Shown piece by piece: positions 23,301 through 35,300 of a stretch of 64,000 nt of DNA. The translations under genes were made by a program, and so were the position numbers. The first letter of the stretch is position 1; the number at the start of each line of letters is the position of its first letter. The notes below the pieces were generated by a model, which ran no database searches, was not told the origin of the DNA, and saw only the letters and a program-made list of their open reading frames with translations. This stretch comes from a virus: positions 86,608 to 150,607 of IMG/VR virus record IMGVR_UViG_3300020470_001313; one strand, written 5' to 3'.

Positions 23301-26300
23301 CTACGGATAATATCACCAGATAGGATTAAACCATCTGGAGTAACTTTAGGTTCATCATATGCAAGTTTGTATAGACGAACTGTTTCTCCATCAATTAAAT
23401 CACCTGAGATATTAGAGTAGTTAACAATATGGTTACGAATATCTTCATCAACTGTAAATGTACCAGCAGCATTATTATATTCTAGAATTAGGTTACTTAC
23501 AACCTCAGAATTAGGGAACTTACTGTTAAATTCTGCATTAACATCATTGATATCAGTTAGTTGTAACTGAGTCTGTGAAATATTATCAAGAACAACGTTT
23601 TGGAAGTTAATATTAGTAATTCTGTTGAACACTAATCCTTGGAAAGTAGATCCTTCAGAAATAATAACTTGGTTGTTTGGTTCATTAGTTACTGGGTCTC
23701 TATATGCAGAAATACCAACAACTTCAGCAACAATAGCACTCTGCTGACCTATGATTATATCACCAATGACAATATCAAATAAACCAGCAGTAGACTGATA
23801 AGTACCAGCAGTCTTACTTAATAATACTGTATCTCCAATCTCAATAGTTGTTCCAAAGACATTACTATCAGTTTGGTGACCTACAACAGTAGTTCCATCA
23901 ACACCTCTGTTAGCAGTAACAGTGTTACCAATAATACTTGATACTTCAAATCTCTCAGAATCAATCTGATAAACTCCACCAGCATTAGCAACAATAGTAA
24001 CAGTAGCATCTTGGTTACCACCACCACTAATTGTGACTACATCTCCAAGAGAATATCCTGTGCCACGTTCCTTAATCTTAACAGAAGTTATAACTCCACT
24101 ACCATCTGCTTCAACTTCAACAGTCATTCCAGTACCAGATCCACCAGTTGTTGTTACACCATCAATATTATCAATATATCCAGTACCAGCAGTAGTTAAA
24201 GTTACCTTAGCAAGTGCATATCCAGAAGCAACATCAAATGTGTTACCAGATGCAGAAAGACCAGCAGGAACAGTAGTTAAAACCTGACCATTATCACCTT
24301 CTAGGTTAACTCTTTCAATCTTAGCATTGTCCCCTCTAAGGTTCTCAATGTCTTCTTTAAATTGGAATAGGTTAGTATTTGTAAGTGTAGTAATACTATC
24401 AACATTTGCAGTAAATCCTGTAGCACTAGAAGTGATTGCTTCACCTTCATATGTAAGAGTTGTAGAAGGATCATCAGTCTGGAAAGGTTGACCAGCAGTA
24501 GTCTTATAGTAGAAATCAACACTTGTTAAACCAGTAGCAACAACAATTGCCTCATAATCAGTTACAATACCTCTAATAGTACCACCGATAAGTGGGAAAA
24601 TACCAGAAATAGTACTTAAATTCGCTCTATGGATAGTCTTAAACTCTAATGTAGCATTTGAATACTGAACATTAGCAGGAGGTTGAGGTGGTGATGAGAA
24701 TACAATATTAGATCCCTGAACAGTAAATGCATCTCCAGGAGACTGTACAATACCATTCAAACTAATTAAGAGTTGATTAGCAGATGCAATAACAGGTTCT
24801 GTTACAACATTACCATCTTGGTTAATATTTTGAACAGTTAATGGGAATGAGATCTTCTCACCATCAAATTGATCTGAAATATCATTAATCTTCTGAACAG
24901 TAGAAGTTAGAATCTGCTCGGAAGAAGTCAAATTCTTCTGTCTGAAACGAACCTCAGTGTTATCAAATTCTGTATAAACTGGTTCAACTAAAGTAAAGTT
25001 CTGTAGATTTGGAACAATTGCAGATTCTGCTAAGTTAACTGACTTAGTAAGTTCAAATGCAGTCTCTTTATTCTCAATAGTTGATTTTTCAACTAATCCC
25101 AATTCACCAAATACCTTAAATCCAGCAGGGTGAACGTTAGTAATAAGGATGTCTCTCCAGTCAGATATTGAAACAGGAGCCTTAACACTATAGGAGAAGT
25201 CCTGATAGAAGTAAGAGTCTTGAATCTTCTGAATAATTTCACTAGGTTTACCTACATCATCAACGAATCTACCTGGAGTTGTTGTTATAGCACCAACTTC
25301 CAAAACACCCTTAGCAATACTAAAGTTGTCAATTGTACCAGATGCCTTAGAAATAGTACCAGTAACAATCTGATTCTTACTGAATGTACCAGTATAATCA
25401 ACAATCTTAAGGATTCTAGGTCCAATTTGCCAACCATCATTCTCTGAAACGTATCCAGTTGCAGTTGCAGTTTCTAATGAATCACCTTGATATAGTAATT
25501 CTCCAGCAAGGAAACGACCAGTAACAACGTTTGCAGTAGCAGCACCACCGAATGAATCGGTTAAAACAACCTGTCTACCAGTACCAGCATTAGTATATGA
25601 GATATAATCACCAATTGCAGCATTATCTTTAGTAATTGCTAAACGTAATTGATCATTTTCTAATGAATTAGTAATACCAGAAATAGCATAATATGTTGTA
25701 TTAGCATTCAATCTACCGAAAGATGAGATTGGTAGTTCTGGATCATCTCCACTACCATCATCATTAGCAGTTAATGTTACAGCAGAACCATTTACAATAC
25801 CATGTGGGAACGAGAATTGTAGTAAATTAAGGTCAAGGTTAACAACATAGTTGAAGGATGACTTCAAAGTTACATCAGGTTGAGAGGAGTAACCTGCACC
25901 TGGATCCTTAACTTCAATAGCATCAATACGTCCGTTCTTAATAGATGCCTCAGCAGTTGCACCAGTACCTCCACCACCAGCAATAATAACAGCAGGAGGT
26001 GTAGCATATCCAGAACCTGGGTCAGTAACGGTAATACTATCCAGTATGTTTGTACTAGTTAACTGAACGTTGACTGGGAATGTGATTTCAGGACGTAATG
26101 TATAGTCATGAGTATAATCAAAACCGAAGTTGTTGTTCTTAAGTTTCTTAATCTTACCGATCTTATCTGCTTTAACAAATACAGATGCACCAGATCCATT
26201 AGGAGGAATAACAACATCTAATTCTGCACCAGAACCAGTAAGTCCAGCACCTAAAATACCAGTGATAGACTCAATATCAATAGTTGCAGTAGTATAATTC

Positions 26301-29300
26301 TTACCTGGATCAGTAACGATTACCTCAGAAATCTGTCCTGGAATGTTGTTACCATCCTCATCCTCACCATCAGCAACAGTAATATTAACTTTACCACCTT
26401 CACCGTCACCAGCAATAGGTACTCCAGTGTATTCTCCTACAGCATATTCAGTACCTGGTTCAGTAATTGCAACTCTTTCAATCTTACGATTGGAAACAAT
26501 ATTTGAAATGACTGGTAACTTCTTGTAGAATCCACCACCATTTACTAGACGAATATCTCCAATTGGTCCAACTGCTTTCTCTGAGAATGTTGTATATTTA
26601 ACTAAACTTGCTTGAGCAGTACCTTCTGGTTCTGATGTTAATGGGAATTTAAAGATTGTATCACCAGTAGTAATAGTACCACCACTAGTAGAATAAATTA
26701 CAAAATTACCGTGATATGGAGTAGTTACAACGTCCATATAGGTACTATCATCAACTGGAGATGTATCACCAGTTCTTGATGGGTCAAAGTAATATGATAT
26801 ATTTGTTACATCATTATTAATAGAAATCTGAACATAAGGTTCTGGTTGGTTTCCAACCTGATAACCTGGAGTTCCAACACGAGTAATTGAGTTAAATGAA
26901 TATTCTAACTTAAATAGATTATCCTTAGAGAAGGACATGAAATATCCCTGTAAGGATTCATCACCAAGCATAAACTTATACTTGTGCTGATAGTACATCT
27001 TAAGTACAGGATGCTTGGCATATATGTCTATTAACGAAGCAGCAACAGGTAAACCAACAGCAGTTCCTCTTAATCCAACAATAAATGATCTAGTACTTAA
27101 AACATTAGTAACATTGAATGATCCATTAAATTCATCAAGATCATTACCAGAAATTAACAGATTATCTCCAACTGAATGACGATGTGCTTCAGCAGTAGTG
27201 AAGTAAATCTTATCAGTGTTTGCAGCATCATCAAGAACTATAATCTTCTCAAGATTAGTAATTAGAGTAATCTGAGTTACAGCAGTTAATTGATTAGGTG
27301 AAGCACCAATTGTTAACTCAGTCTTATCTGCATTCCAACTAACAGTATCAGAAGTTGGAGTAATAACACTTCCAACAATATATGGTGATCCAGCAGGTGC
27401 AGTAGCATCAATTCTTACAGTATAATCATTAATGTTATAATCTTTAAATCTAGCAGATAATCCACCAGGAATGTTGAATATGAATGTACCTTGTCCAGCA
27501 GTAGCATCAAAATCTTGGTTAGCAAAGGTTTGTGATGGAATTTCGTTAACTTCAGTTCCAGTAGATACAATTTCTCCAGTATCTTCCCAACCTACCCAAT
27601 CAGTAGCATTACCGTAACTTGCAACATATACACCAGTATCATCAGTCTCTACAATAGTAGCAGTTCCTATAACCTGTCCACCAGCATTCTTTTGTTGTAA
27701 TTGAGATCCAACATTAAAGGTTGCAGGTTGATTGAATGTAAATTTAAGAATGTTATCTGCTTGTATAGCATCAACAGTCTGAATATAGAACTTACCCCAA
27801 GTTTCTGGAGTTGCTTTAACTTTTCTACCACCAATAGCAGGTATAGTCGCAGTTCTAGTAGACCATACATCTGTAGTTGATGATATAGTTAAAGAATCAA
27901 GTACAAGAGTTGAGTTTACATCATTATAATCTAGAACCTGTAAACCTTCGCCAGCAAGTGTTAATGATCCTGAATTAATTACTTGATCAGTAACATTACT
28001 GTAAGTATATGCAGCAGTATTGAATTGCCACTTAGTATTAGTTCCAGTAAAGTCTCCTTGACGAGATGTATCAACATTCTTATCAGTCTTAAGTATTAAA
28101 CCACAATCAACAGCGTAAGTATATTTCTGAAGATAAGTGTTGAAATCAGCAGTTGTAGATGGAACAATAACCTGAATTACACGGTCAGTAATCTTAAATC
28201 CATCAACGTTAAATGATCCAGCAGTGGTAACAGCCACACCTGTTGCAGCACCAGTCCAGTTGGGTGAGTTACCCATGTAAATCTTAGCAGTAGTTGCAAT
28301 ATTACTGTTTCCTGGAAGAGTTCCTGTACCTACCTGAATTCCATTAGCATATAAGGTATAAACATTACCTGCTTTAGTTAATGCAACATGAACATAACCA
28401 ACGTTGTTAATTAAAACATTATCAACACTAGAAATAGCACCAGCAGTTCTTTGAGTAGTAGCAGAAGCAAACATCTCAAGTCTCTTATTACTACGGTTTA
28501 ACATGACCGTAATACCTGGTTCATTACCATGTCCTACACCAAATAGGATATGATGAGTAGATCCAACAGCACCTAATCTAGTATCTTGTTGATCATTAGT
28601 TTCATCAACTGAGTAGAATCCTTCTATTGTCCAGTCACCATTAATATCAAAGGAATCTCCAAATCCCCAAATACCTGTATTATTACCTGGTTCTAATTCT
28701 AGGTGGGTGTCTGACCATGCAGATCCATCCCAAGCATCAATCATTAAACCACCAGTACTACCCTTACCATTTGGAGCACCAGAAGTAATATTAGAACCTT
28801 TATAATAATCTCCAATGAGTTGTCTATTAGTAATGTTACCTGTTGTATCTACAGGTTCAGTTTCACTAGTTTGTTCAAAATTAAAGAGTCCAATGACTTC
28901 ATTACGGAATGCTTGTCCTACAACAACTGGATCACCAGAAGCATCTGAAATGAATGCGTTAATTTCAAATCCAGTGATATTTCTAGTAAACTTAATTACA
29001 TTGGTAGAAATCAGTGTTCCATCATACTTAATCTTACTTACTTCACTTTGTTTACGATATGAATCATATTCAGCAGTAGATTCGTTAACTTCATAGTTAC
29101 ATGCAACATTATACTGTCCAAATACGTCAATATTACCACCAATTGCTTTTAAGTTTCTCCAAGTGGTTCCTCCAGTAGGAGTCCAACGCTTACCCCAAAC
29201 AACATCATCATCAACAGTTACTTTAGTAACAATTATTGAATTTGAGTTAGATCCAGAGTATGCAGTACCAGAAACATAGAAATCTCCAAATTCATCAATA

Positions 29301-32300
29301 TCAAACCTAGGATCCCAAATATTATAACTGGTTGCAGTGAAGTTAGTAACTTTGTGTACAGCAAGTTGGAATTGCTGTGCTTCACAATGTGCAATAGCAA
29401 ATGTCTTTTGAGGACTGTTACTAGTAGGTGCAACTTCTAAAAGTGCATAGAATCTACCATTATCAGGATTATATTTGATATCTGTTACTTTTTCAGAAGA
29501 ATCGGTACTAGCGATCTTTCTCTTTTGTTGAATAATGAGGTTTTCATTAAATACAATCAAGAAAGCATCATAAGGATTAGAAGTGTTAGTATTGGTATAA
29601 CCACCTATACAGAACTTATTCTCACCAACCTTAGTGATTGCAGTTACTATGTCTGCACGAGTAGAACCTGAAATACCAGCAATTTCCTTTTGATATTGAA
29701 TTCCAACATTAGCACCACCTGAAGATTGATTGAACTTCATCAAAACAACATCAGGGTTGTAGTTAATATTAAGTGAATTTGGTTTTGTAGTACCAGTTAC
29801 GTATACATCTTGAGTGTCAGAAGTAATGTCAACATATATTGCAGAAAAATCACAATAAGTATCTTGACCACTTGGTTGTTCTGATCTAGCAGTCTTAGAC
29901 CAAATTAAGTCTCCAGACTGAGAATACTTGGCAGCAAAACCTACTCTGTTGTTAAATTCATCTAATGTATTACCACAAACATAGTAATCTTTAGTACTAT
30001 CATCTGTAAATATAGCATTAGAAACACTATTTTTTAAATTATTTGTATTATTGAGGAAATACTCTGCCTTCTTAAATGACTGAGGATGTGATATTACTAA
30101 TTTTGGAGCACTAGTAAACCCATTACCAGATCTAACAATATTAAATTCTGATACAGTACCATTACCAGTATCAATTATTGGAGTAATAGCAGCATGTTGT
30201 CCTACACCATCAATTTCAACTGAAATAGGAACATCATCATTATATCCAGTACCTACTTGAGTTACATTGATTTTTTCAATACCATCAACTACTTTAACCT
30301 TATAAGTCTCTAATTCACTTGCTGAGTTTGGAGTATAATCAATAAGAACTCTATCAGTAGCAAGAAGATCATGAGGTTCAGCACATTCTACAACACCATG
30401 AGGAACATCATCAATTAACTCATAACTATAAGAACTAACAGATTTACCTTCAATTGTTCTAACAACAGCAGATATACCATATCCTTCAGTATCAGTATTA
30501 TCAAAGACTAAACGGTCATTAACCTGATAACTATCACCTGGATTCTCTACAACAAATGATGAAACCGCAGCATCTTCAAATTTAGTTGTTGTTTCAACTT
30601 CAATATCAACTTTAGAGTCAAATCTAACTTTAGGGAAGTAATCAAAGAGTTCTAACTTGTTTTCTTCAAGTAAAGATCCAACATCTGTAAGTTCTTCAGC
30701 AGTTGTTTCAGTATTAGTGATTTCATAGGTAGCGCGGAAACCGACATACTCAATGTCAGTAATATTTGCACTTTGTGAAGTTCCATTATTATCATAAGTA
30801 AAATCTAAACCAATATATTGATCATAAGTGCCATCAAATGCCTTATGGAAATTTTCATTAGAAATTGCTCTTACTAAAGCAGTATTAACTCCAAGTCCGT
30901 TATGAAGAACTTGTACAGTAATTGCAGAAGTGCTAGGAGCAAATTGAGCATTATTGGTAACAAATGCAGGTACAACATACTGTTGACCTTCTGCCATTGC
31001 AATGGTAGACTGATCGTATGTTAACCTGAATACTCTATCATCTTGACGAGTTGCTAAACGATTTCCGTTTTGTTGGTAATTAGTATCAATTACTTGGTCA
31101 CCATCAGCATCTTCCCAAATTGGGTCAAATGTTAACTCTAAACCATCTTCTGTAGTTAAGAGATCAGCAGTTGCGTTAGGTGTACGTTCAACATCAATGT
31201 CAACATTCTCATATGGGTCTCTATAACGAATAACACCAGTAGGAATATTTTGCTGTACAGCAGTTGCAGCAAGGTTCCATTTATCTACACTGGAGTTAAA
31301 ACTAGGACCAATAATGTATGGGAATACTGGGTTACCATCTTCAGTAGCGTCAATAGTAATGAAATAACCATAAACACCTTCTGGGAACTCAGGAGTTTTA
31401 CCAAAACGACCATTATAACGGTCTAAATCACCAACACCGAAGTTATAAGTATAATCTTCTACAAAAGTACCAGCAGGGAATGTATTAGTAGGTGGAGTTC
31501 CATAATATGAATCTGGAATACCATCATCATCACTATCAGTTAAAATTACAGTTTCTCTACCAAATGCATCAATTGGAGGTAATAATGGACCACCAGTTCT
31601 AACTGGAATTGTATTAGTTACCTCATTATAAACTAATTCTGGTTTAAGACTATAACTAGGTTCTAGACGACGTACATTTGAAGATTGATCAGTAGGATCA
31701 GAATATCCATAAGGACCATAAATTGGGTTACCATCAAACGCCCATCCAAGGATAGGAGAGTGTGTAATATTAGAAGTTGCTTCAGTTAACTTACCATTAG
31801 CATCTTCAATTAAATTATCACCAAGAACGTATCTAAGTCTCTTAGGATTGCTTAAGTGAGCATATTCACCACCATATTGGTTGTTTAAACCAGAGAAAAC
31901 AGATCCTTGAGCATCATCAAGAACAGTAGTAGGAATATACCCACCTCTTGTCTCATTTCCAACTTGTAATGGTTTTTGCTCAGGACCAGCAAGGTTATAG
32001 TTCCAATCTTGAACAGAAGCAGTAAATTTAGCATCTTTACCAACTGAACTTAGAACAATAATTGTAGTTCCTGATTCGTAGTTAATACCACGGTTACTGA
32101 TAGTAATACTTGTAACACGACCAGCATTTTCTCCATCAGTATCAATAATTGCTTTTGCAACAGCACCAAATCCAGTACCATAGATTTCTACAGTAGGAGG
32201 TGTTGTATATCCATTACCAGCGTTAATAACAGCAATTGAGATAATTCGTCCATTATTTACAATTGCTTGTGCCTGGGCACCTTCACCAGAGCTTAGAGTA

Positions 32301-35300
32301 GCAGTTGGAGATGAAGTATACTCAGAACCAGCAGAAGTTATGTTAACAGTCTTAATTGGACCTCTAACAGATGCTTCTGCAAGTGCTCCTGATCCACCAC
32401 CACCTACAATAGTGATTTCTGGCTTAGATGTATATCCAGTACCACCATCGTTGATTAGAACTCTTGAAACTGCCTTATTAACAACAACAGCAGTTGCAGA
32501 TGCTCCAGATCCACCTCCACCAACAATAGAGACTAGAGGAGGTTCTGTATAACCAGATCCAGCAGCACTTAGATCAATTGCAGTAATAGAACCGTTAACA
32601 ACGACATTACCTGTTGCTCCTGTACCGCCACCACCAGAAAGTGTTAAATTTGGAGGTGCAGCAGCATCATATTCAGATCCAGCACTATCAATGCTAATAG
32701 CAGTAACTTTACCAAATATTTTCTTTAAATCTGACTTATAAGACCATACAGAAACACCATTTACCCAGGAACCAGTTGCACCTGGGTTAATTGCATCTTT
32801 TGTTGAAATTGTTTGAGAATTTCTTGGAAAACGAAGTAATTTACGCTGGTTTCCTGGAATAAGTGCCTGACCTTCAAATGGACCTACTTTATAGTTGGGA
32901 ATACCTGATGCAGCAACATAAACGTAGTCATCATTGAAGAATGTGTTCTGAATGTTAGTAGTATAGATGCTAATAACGTTGTTAACAGATTCAACGTCAG
33001 ATTTACCTCTATTAAGGTCAACAGAGATCAAAATGTTACCTTGAGGAATTGTAGAACCAGGTTGTGGTAATTGATACTTAAATACGGTTGCAGATTCCCT
33101 AGATTGAACCAAATAGGTTCCATTGTATACAATTGGGTTTGCACCATAGATGGTTACCTGATCTCCTACCAAAAGTCCATGTGGATTACCACAAGTAACA
33201 GTTGCAGTCTGATTATTCAGTCCACCGTACTCAATACTAGTAACAGAAACTAATTTCTTAACATTATAGTTCCAAGTATCAAGTAATTTGGCATCTTCAG
33301 AAGCACCTAACTTAGAAACTGTTAATTTATCTCCAGGAAGGTAATAACTACCATCATCGGTCAAAGTTGTGTTTTCTGCCTTAACAATACCAACTAATTT
33401 GATAGTAACTTGAGTTTCTTGTCCGTAGTTAACATAAACATAGAAATTAGACGTTACTTCAGTAGCAGAATCCCAATCTTCTACAACACTGTTAACTGAA
33501 CGAGTACATTCAATGAACTGGTTAAGTGATTTCTCTTTATAACGTATTAATTCATTTCCTACAAGGATTTCACCGTTTCTTTCTGGCCAACCAATAGTAG
33601 AGTCAACTGTAATAACACTATCAGTTGTACTAATACCTTCAGCAAGTTTTGTCTTATATGGAATTGTAAATTCACCAGTAATAGTCTCTTCTGACAATAC
33701 AATTTCAAATATTTCTAATTCTGAGGTCTTAATTGAGATAAAGTTCTCAATTAGAGCAGATGCATCCTTAATATTGGGATCTACATTGTCAGAAAACTGT
33801 TGAATTAGACCATCAGAAAGATTTGCAGCACTACCTTCAGTAATTACACAACGAAGGATAGTATCAACCTGCCAAGTAGCAGCAGATGGTTTAACAATCT
33901 GTTCTTTAGGGTAAGATACACTTACATCCTCACCATAAAGAATTTTGAACAAATATGCAATAGATTTTGGAGTTCCTTTCGCAGAATAGAACGTTCTAAT
34001 GTTCTTAATAACAGTATTGATGTTAATCGTATTAAGATCAATCTTAGGAATGTCTGGAAGATACTGTTCTGTAAATTTAGACAACATCTTCTCAATGAAG
34101 ACACCATCTAAACATTTAACGGTACTTGTAAGAACAGGATGAACTGCTGGATAGGTCTTATTCTCAAATATAGCATTTCCGTCTTTGTCATATCCTACAA
34201 GACCAGAAACACCACGAGCACAACCAATAAATTGTGCTTTAGTATAAGCAGAACCTGATTCTATAACTTTAAATCCAGTAACTTCACCAAATCCTACTTC
34301 AGCAGAGGCAGTAGCAGAAGGTGGTCTCTGAATAATGATTGTTGGAGGTTCAGTGATACTATAACCAGTACCAAAGTTGGTAATATTAATATCAGTGATT
34401 TGACCGTTGAATATTGAAGCAACAGCAGTTGCACCAGTACCACCTATAAATTGACCTGAATTATCCTTCCTATTATCTACAATGTAAATTGAAGGAATAT
34501 CAACATAACCAGAACCACCAGAAAGTAGTTCAATATCAACTACACGTCCAGTAGTGTCAACAGTAACATCAAGAATTTGAGCAGCACCTGGGTCAATTAT
34601 AGCGATTCTAGGAGGACTTGTATATCCTCTACCCCTGTTAACAACACTAAACCCACTTACAGCACCATCTGTTATTTCAGCAGTAATTTCTGCCTGTACA
34701 GGATCAGCACCAGTAGGAGGATCAACAAATACAGTAGGAGGAACAGTATAACCTACACCACCCGATAAAACGCTAATAGAAGCAGGATCTACACCATTAT
34801 TAGCATCAAGAGTACAAGAACTTAATTTACCTCCACCTGGATCCTTAAAGACGATTCTAGGAGTAAACGTATAGTTACTACCAGAGTTTGTTAATTCAAT
34901 TGCAGTAACAGCTCCATTCTTAACTGTTGCTTTTGCAAGAGCAGAAACACCACCCGCAGCAGTTGGAACCTGAATATCTACGATAGGTGGTTGTAAATCA
35001 CTATATCCTGCACCACCATCTAGTAGAGTTAAATTCTTAATACCATTTACAAGTGATTCAGCAGATGCACCACCACCAGAAGTAGTTGTAACTACAGTAA
35101 CAGCAGGAGGATTAGTTAACCTATAATCTCTACCACCATTCTTTACTTTAATACCAGAAAGCTTTCCAACATTATCAATTTGGGCAACAGCAGTTGCTCC
35201 AGTACCAAAACTGGTAATAGGTGCCTCAATTGATCCAATATACGCCCTTTCATCAGCAGTAGGGGCAGTTTTAAGTTTTAAAGTCTGTTTAAGTCCATCA

